A stretch of 63,066 bases of DNA, filler included, from Octopus bimaculoides (GCF_001194135.2; 6 parts of 6 records of this genome joined end to end with filler, not necessarily neighbours in it); one strand, 5' to 3'; counted from the whole stretch's first letter, positions 12,201-25,134 are shown. Translations and numbers: made by a program. The notes: a model not told the origin generated them from the sequence alone.

Positions 12201-12944
12201 TTACCTTGGTTGGAAACAGGTCTGGGTGGATGACAGAAAGGACATCCAGTCATAGAAAAATCTGCCTCAACAAATTCCATCCTACAGATACAAGCACGAA
12301 ACTGTAGATTTTAAATAACCACGACGATGTTGAAGAATTTCGTGAAAACAGCATAGATGCGACGAAAGACAACCGTTTGCAGGGTGACGATCAAGATTAT
12401 CAAGGACACAAAAGATAAAAGATGGGGAAAGACCCGTATCAGGGGACAGACATGAAGATTTAACACAGAAAGAATAGGAGAACATTTTCAGCATCAGTGA
12501 TGAAATAGAATCTGCCTTTGATGGCTTTTAAAATTGATTTTAAGTTTAATTTCTTTTGAGTTGTAATTAATAAATCTTTAGTTATTAATTGATAATTTTA
12601 CAATTGTGCTTAACCTCAAATGTGCCTTGATGACTTCTTTTATTTAATTTACTTTAATGATTTCTTTGATATAATTTACCTTACAATCGTATATTATGTA
12701 TGTAGTGGCTGTTCCGTAATTGTGTTCATAATTTCATAAATTATTTTGTTAATAAATGTGATCAATGTGGCAATTCATTTAATTGTCTTACTCCACTAAT
12801 AACAGTTGATATCCAATATGATTTCAAAAATTTCTTGACCTTTATAATCCCATCTTCCATGGATCTTAGTTATAGAAGTTCCCAACCAACTTTTCTATCA
12901 AAATATAGGATGTCACTTATATACAGTTAAATATGGCTTTTATA

Positions 12945-13330
12945 TGTGCAGGAGTGGCTGTGTGGTAAGTAGCTTGCTTACCAACCACATGGTTCCGGGT
13001 TCAGTCCCACTGCGTGGCACCTTGGGTAAGTGTCTTCTACTATAGCCTTGGGTTGACCAAAGCCTTGTGAGTGGATTTGGTAGACGGAAACTGAAAGAAG
13101 CCCGTCGTATATATGTATCTATATATATGTATGTGTGTTTGTGTGTCTGTGTTTGTCCCCCAAACATTGCTTGACAACCGATTCCGGTGTGTATACGTCC
13201 CCGTAACTTCGCGGTTCAGCAAAAGATACCGATAGAATAGCTACTAAGCTTACAAAGAATAAGCTTTGGGGTCGATTTGCTCGACTAAAGGCGGTGCTCC
13301 AGCGGGGCCGCAGTCAAATGACTGAAACAA
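12945..13330 (+). mobile_element. tRNA-derived SINE family B, near full length
   Basis: gcaggagtggctgtgtggtaagtagcttgc...ccgggttcagtcccactgcgtggcaccttggg.aagtgtctt..., internal (TA/TG)n, tail gactgaaacaagtaaaagag. Confidence 0.9.
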
Positions 13331-13844
13331 GTAAAAGAGTAAAAAAGAGTGTATGTATGAGCACATTTATGAGCAGTTGAAAGAAGCACTATCCAGCCAT
13401 TAAGAATAAAGAACTCAAAACTGAAGATTATAGAAGAAACAAAATATGTTTTGTGTCACACTAATGATTATGGGTTAAGTATTTTAAGTGTGTGGGGCAA
13501 CAGCATTAAGTGGTAATGTGAATAAATACAAACTTGTCACCAGTTCAAATATGCTTCAGGCATATTTGACCCTGCAGGAAAGCTACTCACTGTATTCTGT
13601 CATGGAGAAAATTTCTCACTGTAGACAAATAGCAGAAAATACAGCTAATCATCTCAGAGCAACCCCCTAACCTGACTATTGGATACATGCCTTCCATATA
13701 CTTGGTAGTATATTAGGGTTGTGTAATAACATATGGTGTCCCTACCAGCAATTAATACGTATCTACTAATTGTCAAGAATGTGTTTAATATATATCAAAA
13801 GATGTTACACAACTAAATTTGATGACTATTTAAGCAATGGGTTA

Positions 13845-14144
13845 GATACGATGCTGAAGAAAGAGCAATATTTCCCAAAATAGGCATATACAAGCATTAT
13901 CTAAGATGTGATACTGAAGAAAGAGGAATATTTCCAGAAATATGTATATACAACCATTACCTATGATGTGATACTGAAGAAAGAGCAATATTTCCTGAAA
14001 TATGCATATACAACCATTACCTATGATGTGATACTGAAGAAAGAGCAATATTTCCTGAAATATGCATATACAACCATTACCTATGATGTGATACTGAAGA
14101 AATACCAATACTACCTGAAATATGAATATACACCAATTAACTAT
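13845..14144. repeat. 60-bp minisatellite, 5 units
   Basis: Units start at 13845, 13905, 13965, 14025 and 14085 (gatgtgatactgaagaaagagcaatatttcctgaaatatgcatatacaaccattacctat); units 3 and 4 are identical. Confidence 0.95.
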
Positions 14145-14254
14145 TTTCTGTCATTTGTCACATTATGTAGATGTTTTCCTATACAAAACATTGTAACTGT
14201 CAGTGTTAGCTCTAGTTTCTACAGAAAATCAGTAGCTACAACATTAAAATCTCT

Positions 14255-14405
14255 GTGAAGTGGTTGGCATTAGGAAGGAGACCTAGCTGTAGAGACCATG
14301 CTAAAATTAACAAGGGAGTTCAACATGGTCCTTCAGCATGCCAGTTACCTATCAAACCATCCAACTCATGCCAGCATGGAAAGTGGATATTAAATGATGA
14401 TGATG
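14255..14405 (+). mobile_element. SINE-like family D, degenerate 3' part
   Basis: gtggttggcattaggaagg...gccagcatggaaagtggatattaaatgatgatgatg. Confidence 0.75.
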
Positions 14406-14653
14406 AAGATAAAACACTCACTGACATCTCAGAAGTAAACAAAAACTCTGTGTTGAACTGTTTCATTTGCACAGACACTATTCATTAGTGCAATGCTTAA
14501 ATGAGCAAAAATCATTAAAATTGCACAAGGCTACTCTACTAAACATTAGTCATCAAATTCTGTTTTTTTTTTAGAAATATATCATTCAAAAATTATGCCT
14601 TTGTTTAAGCATGCTTGTGTGCACATGTGTGTGTGTGTGTGTGTGTGTGTGCA

Positions 14654-14704
<51 letters not shown>

Positions 14705-14863
14705 ATATACAAATATATATATATATGTATATATGAATATTTATATATGTATATACAAATATANNNNNNNNNNNNNNNNNNNNNNNNNNNNNNNNNNNNN
14801 NNNNNNNTTAATTAATTAANNNNNNNNNNNNNNNNNNNNNNNNNNNNNNNNNNNNNNNNNNNN

Positions 14864-14896
<33 letters not shown>

Positions 14897-15394
14897 TAAG
14901 CTATCTAAGACGACGTTATGCACTCTTCTCACTTCACCTGGACATTTAAACCCTGATCTACTTCGGTGCTATGAAAATGCTCGTGATGACTCTTTTGTAG
15001 ATTATACAGAGTGTCTAAATAAAAACTGGGGTGAGGCCACCCAAACATAATCGATCTTCTCAAATTACTGAGAACCAATCAAAATCTGCCATAAGAGAGA
15101 GACACCCCAAAACAATGTAAGCATGGCTAAACTCTCGTATATCTCCACATGCAGCTGATTCAATAGAGACGGCAGTCGAATATATTCAGTTAAAGAACAT
15201 TTTGAAATTATGGTTCATAAAAACTTTTCCAGTTTTTCTGAGCTGTCGTGAAGAAAAGGCCCATCGCTTTCCTGTTGAAAGTCATTGATGACGTTGCTGG
15301 ACAGCTGTTATTATTACTTTTAAAGAACGTCAAAGAGAAATCGGTAATTTCCGTATACTAATGAAATTAGTATACGGAAATTTCTATCACATGC

Positions 15395-15780
15395 AAGCAT
15401 TATAAGCCGGATACAATTGTTTGGGACAGACAAAATGTATGTACCGTGATAAAAGTCAGCTGTCATGATGTGAATATCTCTTCTAAAATCAAAGAAAAAG
15501 AAGGATAACTACGGACAACTGCTTCGAAACCTCTGTAGCCAGATTATAAATTCACATTTAGACTAATAATAATTGGTGCACTTGGTTTTGTTAATAAATG
15601 TCTAAATAACAATTTGGAAAACTAGGGTTTTCAGACAAAGAAATCAACTAGCTAACACGCACGTTATAAATACAGTCTGTAAGAGGAACAGTAAAAATAT
15701 GCAGGACTTTTATTAAGTTCAAAATGTGACATTGTTTCTGTTATCTATATTTCAAAAACGGAATCTATCTTTGTTAAAAT
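15395..15780 (+). mobile_element. RLE-type LINE 3' fragment
   Basis: HYKPDTIVWDRQNVCTVIKVSCHDVNISSKIKEKE..., homologous to the 26374 ORF NRPDIMIWDREEKLCTVVEISCP. Confidence 0.75.
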
Positions 15781-15904
15781 TGTTCCTTACAGGAAGACTT
15801 CAAATAATTAAAAATACACGCGCGCGTACACACACACAAATGCACACATACATAAATACATACACACATGCTCATACATACATACATACATACATACATA
15901 CATA

Positions 15905-18840
15905 CACGATGGCCGTCCACTCGTGATCGAGGAAGACCATTGCTGACCTTCGGGAACATTGTGCGCTCTAGGACTAACTTATATTTTGCATTTGCGGCGG
16001 CTCCGTTGGTGGCTAATGAGCCCTGCTCTTGACAAGCATACGCGACTGCAAACATTGCAGACCAAGCTTTCCCCATTCACTATACGAGNNNNNNNNNNNN
16101 NNNNNNNNNNNNNNNNNNNNNNNNNNNNNNNNNNNNNNNNNNNNNNNNNNNNNNNNNNNNNNNNNNNNNNNNNNNNNNNNNNNNNNNNNNNNNNNNNNNN
16201 NNNNNNNNNNNNNNNNNNNNNNNNNNNNNNNNNNNNNNNNNNNNNNNNNNNNNNNNNNNNNNNNNNNNNNNNNNNNNNNNNNNNNNNNNNNNNNNNNNNN
16301 NNNNNNNNNNNNNNNNNNNNNNNNNNNNNNNNNNNNNNNNNNNNNNNNNNNNNNNNNNNNNNNNNNNNNNNNNNNNNNNNNNNNNNNNNNNNNNNNNNNN
16401 NNNNNNNNNNNNNNNNNNNNNNNNNNNNNNNNNNNNNNNNNNNNNNNNNNNNNNNNNNNNNNNNNNNNNNNNNNNNNNNNNNNNNNNNNNNNNNNNNNNN
16501 NNNNNNNNNNNNNNNNNNNNNNNNNNNNNNNNNNNNNNNNNNNNNNNNNNNNNNNNNNNNNNNNNNNNNNNNNNNNNNNNNNNNNNNNNNNNNNNNNNNN
16601 NNNNNNNNNNNNNNNNNNNNNNNNNNNNNNNNNNNNNNNNNNNNNNNNNNNNNNNNNNNNNNNNNNNNNNNNNNNNNNNNNNNNNNNNNNNNNNNNNNNN
16701 NNNNNNNNNNNNNNNNNNNNNNNNNNNNNNNNNNNNNNNNNNNNNNNNNNNNNNNNNNNNNNNNNNNNNNNNNNNNNNNNNNNNNNNNNNNNNNNNNNNN
16801 NNNNNNNNNNNNNNNNNNNNNNNNNNNNNNNNNNNNNNNNNNNNNNNNNNNNNNGTACAGAGTCCATGTCTCACATGAGTAGAGGAGCGATGTCAGTACA
16901 CATGCACGGTACACAGCAACTTTTGTTTGCCTTGCGATGCCATGCTGGGACCAGACACGAGACTGAAGAGACCGGAAGGAATTAGTTGCTCTCTGCAACC
17001 TGAAAGACATTTCCTCATCCAGGGAGCAAGAACGGCTGAGTGTGCTGCCCAGGTAGACAAACTTGTCTACTACCTTCAGAATTGTTCCTTCAACCAAGAT
17101 AGCTGGTTTCACATATGGATTTCCTGGTGCAGGCTGGAACATTACAACAGTCTTGTCCAGACTAATGTTAAGTCCAAATGCTTTGCAAGAAGCAGAAATA
17201 CAATGCATGAGTATTTGCATGACATCCACTGTATGAGTGACTAAGTCAGTCATCTGCATAAGGGAGGTCACGAATAATAGACTGGAGTACCTTTGAATTG
17301 GCAGCAAATCGGCGAAGATTAAAGAGGCGGCCAGAAGATCGATATCTGACATATATTTCCAGAGAGCTAACCTTAGCAAAAGCATGAGTAAAAGCAGCAG
17401 CAAAGTACAAAGAAAAGAGAGTTGGGGTAAGGATGTCCCCCTGCTTGACACCATTCTCTACAGGAATGGGTCCCGCCATGCCACCACCAACATTGACTCA
17501 AGCCTCCATCCCACCATAAAATTATTTAATTTTAGATACAAAGTGATCCGGACATCCCAAGTTTGCCAAGTATTTTCCACAGAAAGGCCCTATTTACAGT
17601 ATCAAAGGCCTTGGTTAAATCAATGAATTCCTGGATAAGATCCATATTCTGCTCATAGCACTTCTCCTGCATCTGTGTTGCTGTGAAAATCATATCCATT
17701 GTCCCTCTACCAGATCGGAAGCCACATTGAGATTCAGATAGGACATCATTTACGAGACACCCATTCAGACGGGTAAGAAGAATATTTGCCAGAACCTTGC
17801 CAGCAGCTGATAGTAGAGCAATACCTCTGTAGTTACCACACATTGTTCTGACTCCTTTTCCTTTATATAGAGGAAGAATAATTGCATCCTTCCAATCCTT
17901 AGGGATTGCACCATCCCTCCAGACTGCACTAATAAGTTCATGAAGGGACTGTGTGATGTAATTACCACCAAATCGCAAGACCTCAGCACGAATTCCATCC
18001 TTTCCAGGTTCCCTACCAAGATTCAATTTACTTATTGATGTCATTACTTCATCTATTGAGGGTGAGGAGTCTAAGGAGCCAATGATAGGTCTTTGTTGCA
18101 TTAGTATCAATTACTGTTTCAACCACAACTGACTCATGGTTTAGGAGTTCAGAGAAGTGTTCAATCCAGCGACCTGTCATTTCTGTTGATTTAGTAAACA
18201 GAGTGGAAGACTCTTTGGAAAGCAAAGGAGTTGATGTGGAGCTCTTAGGCCCATAAACTTGCTTCATAAGATGGTAAAGCTTCTTGCTGTCATTTGCTTC
18301 AGCAGCAGCCTGAACATCATGAAAAAGATCCTCCCACCAAATGTTCTGCATCTTCCTGAGAGATCGCTGCAATAGTGATTTTACACTGTTATAGTGGGCA
18401 AGTGCTAGATTTCGCTGCGCAGCTGAAAGTCCTCTATGCAACAATACATTGTGGGCATGGCACTTTACAACCAATAGTCGCTGAACTTCAGCACCATTTT
18501 CATCAAACCAGTCTCTGTGTCTAGCAGTAGCATATCCCAGTGTTTCGGCAGCACATTGAAGAACCTGATCTCGAAAATTTTCTCAGTATTTTCAATGTTG
18601 GACAAGCGAGTCTGAAGCTCTTTCCACAACACAGCATCATATATCTTGTGGACATTCAAACACCGAGGAATGCCAACTGGCCCTCTTCTCTCTTTCACTC
18701 TAATCCTCATCTGGAACTTTGCTCGCACCAGATTGTGGTCTGTCCAGCATTCCGATCTATGTCAGGTCACTTATGAGGCTCTAATAAGCGCTACTGGTAA
18801 CATGGAATCCAGTACAACCTGTTGCATGGTCGGGTTGTCA
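15905..18840 (-). mobile_element. RTE/BovB-type LINE, 3' part (end of APE, RT, C-terminal CxxC..H), frameshifted
   Basis: ECWTDHNLVRAK; ESQCGFRSGRGTMDMIF; FIDLTKAFDTVNR; GVKQGDILTPTLF; YADD; FVYLGSTLS; LLYSCETWTLY; VCNVCSRVCLSRAGLISHQRS*; (TATG)n at the 3' end. Confidence 0.95.
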
Positions 18841-18849
18841 GCGACTAAA

Positions 18850-20114
18850 CCGGCGCCTAGGCTACCGTGGTGAGGAGGGTTGCAGGATTAAAAACAAGAC
18901 CTGTTGAAAGGTCGGATGAACCTAGTGCAGTTTCAACGGCTATCTAACAAAAGCACGGGTACGCAGAAATTCCGGGGTGGTGTCCGGCGTGCTGAAAGAC
19001 CACTGGGAGTGAGGCGCCCCTCAGCTTTTGTTAATGCATGTCTCTAGGAGAAGGTCACTCTGATATAAGACCAGATATGCAGGGAATGGCATTGGAGATT
19101 TGGGGGATCTTTAATTCGTGCTAGAGATCATGGCGCTCCCACATCCTGAGCCTGCGACTCATAGGCAACAGACATCTCGCTCTCGCTTGTCTCTGGATAA
19201 TATCAATAGAGTAGAGAGGGTCTATGAAGTGTCATGCAAGCCTTATTGGACCTAAAACTTTGCACAGGCATTGCTGACCTTTGCTCGATATGTGCTGCTT
19301 TTTTCTCTTTCCCTATATGTATTTATTTATTTTATTTTCAGTATATATGTATCTTTATTTTTAGTATATATTTATTTATTTTTAGTATAAATTATTTTGT
19401 TTTTATTCGGAAGTCCTGCGGCGATGGGAAAGNNNNNNNNNNGAGAAGGTCACTCTGATATAAGACCAGATATGCAGGGAATGGCATTGGAGATTTGGGG
19501 GATCTTTAATTCGTGCTAGAGATCATGGCGCTCCCACATCCTGAGCCTGCGACTCATAGGCAACAGACATCTCGCTCTCGCTTGTCTCTGGATAATATCA
19601 ATAGAGTAGAGAGGGTCTATGAAGTGTCATGCAAGCCTTATTGGACCTAAAACTTTGCACAGGCATTGCTGACCTTTGCTCGATATGTGCTGCTTTTTTC
19701 TCTTTCCCTATATGTATTTATTTATTTTATTTTCAGTATATATGTATCTTTATTTTTAGTATATATTTATTTATTTTTAGTATAAATTATTTTGTTTTTA
19801 TTCGGAAGTCCTGCGGCGATGGGAAAGTGGCGAAGCATGCAGACCTGACGGGCTGGAAGCATGTAGTCAGCGACCTGCACGTAGGCGTCTTTCTATATCT
19901 GGTTAGTTTAGCGCGGTTGACAGATGTGCACACTGCGCTTAAATAGAAAAGAGACTTCTTATTTTACAAAATCTGGATGGAACTTGAACATTTCATGTTG
20001 GAATGCGCGCACTCTGTTGGATAACACGAATGACTGTAGGCCTCAAAGAGGCACTGCACTTGTTACTCGCGAGCTGAACCGCTATAACATTGATATAGCT
20101 GCACTTTCAGAGAC
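18850..20114 (+). mobile_element. 5' UTR and APE N-terminus of an RTE LINE, in opposite orientation to the adjacent 3' part
   Basis: LNISCWNARTLLDNTNDCRPQRGTALVTRELNRYNIDIAALSET (about 19980-20114), preceded by RTE-type UTR motif ctaggagaaggtcactctga. 19050-19430 is duplicated at 19443-19830 across an N-gap. Confidence 0.88.
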
Positions 20115-21446
20115 TTGTACATACATACATGCATACATACATAGATGCATACATATATGCATACATACATACATGTATACATACAAACATACATACATAC
20201 ATACATACATACATACATACATACATGCATACATACATACATACACGATGAATACCTCGTCTTGTCAGATGATTGCCGTCTCACNNNNNNNNNNNNNNNN
20301 NNNNNNNNNNNNNNNNNNNNNNNNNNNNNNNNNNNNNNNNNNNNNNNNNNNNNNNNNNNNNNNNNNNNNNNNNNNNNNNNNNNNNNNNNNNNNNNNNNNN
20401 NNNNNNNNNNNNNNNNNNNNNNNNNNNNNNNNNNNNNNNNNNNNNNNNNNNNNNNNNNNNNNNNNNNNNNNNNNNNNNNNNNNNNNNNNNNNNNNNNNNN
20501 NNNNNNNNNNNNNNNNNNNNNNNNNNNNNNNNNNNNNNNNNNNNNNNNNNNNNNNNNNNNNNNNNNNNNNNNNNNNNNNNNNNNNNNNNNNNNNNNNNNN
20601 NNNNNNNNNNNNNNNNNNNNNNNNNNNNNNNNNNNNNNNNNNNNNNNNNNNNNNNNNNNNNNNNNNNNNNNNNNNNNNNNNNNNNNNNNNNNNNNNNNNN
20701 NNNNNNNNNNNNNNNNNNNNNNNNNNNNNNNNNNNNNNNNNNNNNNNNNNNNNNNNNNNNNNNNNNNNNNNNNNNNNNNNNNNNNNNNNNNNNNNNNNNN
20801 NNCATACATACATACATACATACATGCATACATGCATACATACATACATACATGCATACATACATACATGCATACATACATACATACATACATGCATACA
20901 TACATACATACATGCATACATATATACATACATGCATACATACATACATGCATACATACATGCATACATACATACATACATACATACATACATACATACA
21001 TGCATACATACATACATACACGATGAATACCTCGTCTTGTCAGATGATTGCCGTCTCACATGAATGGTAGTTAAACATTTGTACGTCAATAGATTTAAGC
21101 AATAAAAGTTTGTACAACACTTTTACCATTCTCCAGGTCGTCATAGTAGGTTCCAGTGACAAGCATTGCAAGATGACTGGTAACTATTTTGATTGCAAGT
21201 TTTAGGTCAGAGTTTTTTCTCATAGATGAGCCGTCTTCCTCATGACTAGTCAAAAATAATGGGAGCCTCCCCTACCCTTGGAAAATCTACTTAATCCATG
21301 AATGGGATCCTGACAAGTACTACCGTTCCGGGTCACAACGGTCCGGGGAGTAATGGTAATTAAGGAGTGATTCCGCACTCCTCACCTCTCCAGAATCCCC
21401 GAACTGGAGCTTCAAGACCGGATGCATTTTAATGTTATAATCAGGG

Positions 21447-21499
<53 letters not shown>

Positions 21500-21528
21500 C
21501 TATATACATATATATATATACGCATATA

Positions 21529-21945
21529 CAGGGTTCCCCCCCAAAACTGACATCATTCTGGTGTCTAATAACAATTCTCTCTCAAATGGTCTCAAATTTT
21601 AACAAAATGTGTAAAAACTAATTTTGGTTGGAGCATGCCAGTCATAATGGCAATGTGCTGTTGAAATGACAGCCACGTTCACCTGACTTGACACTGAATT
21701 TTTTTCTATGGGGCTATATGAAAAGATTGGTCTATATCCCCACCTACAAGCCTTGAGGAACTCAAGCAGAGAATCACTGAGGTGCTGGAGAATGTTATGC
21801 AAGACATATTACACCGTGTTTGGGAGGAGCTGGACTCCCGCCTTGACGTGGGAGCATATTGAACATTTGTGAAGCTTTGTGAAATCGGTTATAAAATCTA
21901 CAACTCTCTGATTCTCTTAAATTTTTCATTGTTCAACATGAAACT
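21529..21945 (+). mobile_element. Internally deleted IS630-Tc1-mariner element
   Basis: TA-cagggt.. start; degenerate PRSPDLT..NFFLWGYMKRLVY...LEELKQRIT. Confidence 0.65.
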
Positions 21946-22023
21946 TATTTAATTTCGTTACTCAGGTATTCACATTTCAAATAATATAAACTTATATATA
22001 CATATATATACATATATTTACAT

Positions 22024-22083
<60 letters not shown>

Positions 22084-22334
22084 ACCCTAACGAAGAATAA
22101 TACTGGCGTCTTATCTGTATCTTTATTTTTCATTCTCTATTTTAATTTTACTCTCGCCCTCATTCAATCTTACCCACACCTATCCCATTCCTTTCTTTTC
22201 TCTCTTTCTCCCCTTTCTTCTGTTCATTCACTCAGAACCCATATCTGTCTATCATGATGTCTGTCTTTCTCACTCTATATACCCATGTAGACCTTTTTCA
22301 TACTAGCTAACCACTTGATTTATTCCTTCAACAT

Positions 22335-22650
22335 GAGAGAAACATTCAAAATACTGCCTGGATTTACCTGGAATTATACTTAAGGACCTATATCTTCACG
22401 GAAGTACGGGCCAACCTCCATACCCTCTGGAAGAAGATGAGGTGTGAACTTTATTCTCCTGCCTGTATTCCTCTATCTACTGTTTTACTCTTTATTCTTC
22501 TATCTACTATTTTATTCCTTTACTCCTTTATAAAGTGTGAATTCCCTGTCTAGAACTTTCATACATACTCACCTTGTCTCTGATGACAAAATACCCAGTG
22601 TATGGAGATGCTAACCTAACACTTGGGGTAAGACATCCAATAATTAATTA
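22335..22650 (+). mobile_element. Penelope-like terminal repeat copy (hammerhead core partly deleted)
   Basis: Homologous over ~300 bp to 59453-59750 (reverse). Contains tgtct-CTGATGA but lacks the atatcccagaaacagct segment; ends gacatccaataattaatta. Confidence 0.65.
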
Positions 22651-22654
22651 ATTA

Positions 22655-23752
22655 TCAGGTCATCTCATAAGTTCTGTCCGATGTAACCTTTTTTAAAATT
22701 GAATGAAATTTAATAGTATTTTAGCATGTCTAATGGAATTAAAAAATATTTTTATGCATTTGTGTACATTTAAACTAATTAAATATTATTTTACAGAATA
22801 ATAGAATTAAAATTTCTTTGATTAACACCCTTTCTAACATAGAAGTATCCAAAGAGCATTTGAGGCACATAATGCTTTATGAATACAAAAAAAGGAAACT
22901 CTGCAGCCGAAGCGACTCGAAACATACACTCAGTTTATGGGAAAGAATGCTTGAATGAAAGAACTTGCAGAAGATGGTTTGCAAAATTCAGAAGTGGAGA
23001 TTTCAGCCTTGAAGATGAAGATCGAACAGGACNNNNNNNNNNNNNNNNNNNNNNNNNNNNNNNNNNNNNNNNNNNNNNNNNNNNNNNNNNNNNNNNNNNN
23101 NNNNNNNNNNNNNNNNNNNNNNNNNNNNNNNNNNNNNNNNNNNNNNNNNNNNNNNNNNNNNNNNNNNNNNNNNNNNNNNNNNNNNNNNNNNNNNNNNNNN
23201 NNNNNNNNNNNNNNNNNNNNNNNNNNNNNNNNNNNNNNNNNNNNNNNNNNNNNNNNNNNNNNNNNNNNNNNNNNNNNNNNNNNNNNNNNNNNNNNNNNNN
23301 NNNNNNNNNNNNNNNNNNNNNNNNNNNNNNNNNNNNNNNNNNNNNNNNNNNNNNNNNNNNNNNNNNNNNNNNNNNNNNNNNNNNNNNNNNNNNNNNNNNN
23401 NNNNNNNNNNNNNNNNNNNNNNNNNNNNNNNNNNNNNNNNNNNNNNNNNTCCTCATCCACTTATTCTCCCGACCTTGTTCCTTCAGACTACCATTTGTTT
23501 CGTAGTTTACAGAATCATTTGGAGGACATAACTTTCGCAAGCCAGGAGGAGGTCGAAACTGACATTTCAGAGTTCTTCGCTTTGAAACCAAAAGAGTTTT
23601 ACATTGATGGGATTAAAAAGCTTGCAAATAGATGGAAGGAAGTCATAGATAATCAGGGAAAGTACATTGATGATTAAATTTCAATTAAATATAGCATTTG
23701 ATCACTTGTTTCCTTTATTCAAAATTCGGACAGAACTTATGGGATGACCTGA
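22655..23752 (+). mobile_element. Mariner transposon with intact TIRs and TA target duplication
   Basis: 27-bp TIRs tcaggtcatc(t/c)cataagttctgtccga at 22655 and 23726-23752 with TA on both sides. N-terminal HTH (KKGNSAAEATRNIHSVYG..LNERTCRRWFAKFRSGDFSLEDEDR) and C-terminal YSPDLVPSDYHLFRSLQNHL...GIKKLANRWKEVIDNQGKYIDD. One frameshift; the middle is in a gap. Confidence 0.95.
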
Positions 23753-25134
23753 TAATTAACTAATTGCTTCAAATTCACTTCTCTAATTAAATATTCTAAA
23801 TGACTTGAGATACTCGTCCTGCCTTGGTTTTTGTTGTCCTTTTCCCTCGAATACCTGCTAACTCGGAACCATCTACGGTTCCTTAGCTCCAGCTTCAACC
23901 GGGAACACTCGGAAGCTAACGGATGACTAACTATAGCACTTACACAGCGTACCTACCTATTCGTTTAGATCACCAGTAGACCCCACATATTCTATGTATA
24001 ATTCTATATATATCTCTCCCCTCTTTCGTTTCCTCTCTCCCTTTCTCTAATTCTTTTAATCTCCTCTTCTCTCCCTTTCGTTTTCCTCTCTCCTCCATTC
24101 TTTTCCCCTCCTCTTCGCCATTCTCTCTCTGTCCCTCTCTCCCCCTCACTCTTCTGCCTTTGCTCTCTCGTTGCTCGCACGTGACCATCGGCCATCTTTC
24201 TTTTCCTAACTTGAATTTCTTTCTTTCTCTCTGATCAGCCACAGGGATAAGACGCATTCTTGTCTGTCTCCTGTCAGAGCTTGTTTCTCCGCATTCACCA
24301 ACTCAACTCCTTTAGGCTTAACAGCCCTTCCAGTTTGTTTTCACTGTCTTGCTTTTGTTACCAACTTTGACCCTCCGCAAAAATCCCAAATTTTATTTAA
24401 TTTGCTTTGCGAGAGAAACTGTTTTGTCGAAAACGTATCTTGTGAATTGCTCGAAATACGAAGTAGAAAAACAGCCTATAACTGATGAAGGGACGTTTTN
24501 NNNNNNNNNNNNNNNNNNNNNNNNNNNNNNNNNNNNNNNNNNNNNNNNNNNNNNNNNNNNNNNNNNNNNNNNNNNNNNNNNNNNNNNNNNNNNNNNNNNN
24601 NNNNNNNNNNNNNNNNNNNNNNNNNNNNNNNNNNNNNNNNNNNNNNNNNNNNNNNNNNNNNNNNNNNNNNNNNNNNNNNNNNNNNNNNNNNNNNNNNNNN
24701 NNNNNNNNNNNNNNNNNNNNNNNNNNNNNNNNNNNNNNNNNNNNNNNNNNNNNNNNNNNNNNNNNNNNNNNNNNNNNNNNNNNNNNNNNNNNNNNNNNNN
24801 NNNNNNNNNNNNNNNNNNNNNNNNNNNNNNNNNNNNNNNNNNNNNNNNNNNNNNNNNNNNNNNNNNNNNNNNNNNNNNNNNNNNNNNNNNNNNNNNNNNN
24901 NNNNNNNNNNNNNNNNNNNNNNNNNNNNNNNNNNNNNNNNNNNNNNNNNNNNNNNNNNNNNNNNNNNNNNNNNNNNNNNNNNNNNNNNNNNNNNNNNNNN
25001 NNNNNNNNNATATATATATATACATATATATATATGGATGCATATACATACGCATAAATATATACACACATATACACAAAAATATATACACACATGCATA
25101 TATTCATATATACACATATACGTGCATATGAGGA

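Noticed and set aside
13845-14144. CRISPR-like array
   Set aside because: Contiguous tandem units without unique spacers, in a eukaryotic context.
14808-14819. TTAATTAATTAA 12-mer recurring at 14808, 36673, 44958, 57155 and 60312
   Set aside because: Always embedded between N-runs and gives stops in all six frames; an artificial scaffolding spacer, not biology.
18800-18930. HDV-like ribozyme fold on the - strand (cuagguu/agccuag, acc-cuccucaccac-ggu)
   Set aside because: Antisense to the RTE UTR, L3 too long, no G+1, no clear J4/2, and P2' would cross the inversion junction.
19050-19830. Direct duplications flanking N-gaps (19050/19443, 10430/10486, 20115/20803, 39677/40120)
   Set aside because: Typical unmerged overlapping contig ends.
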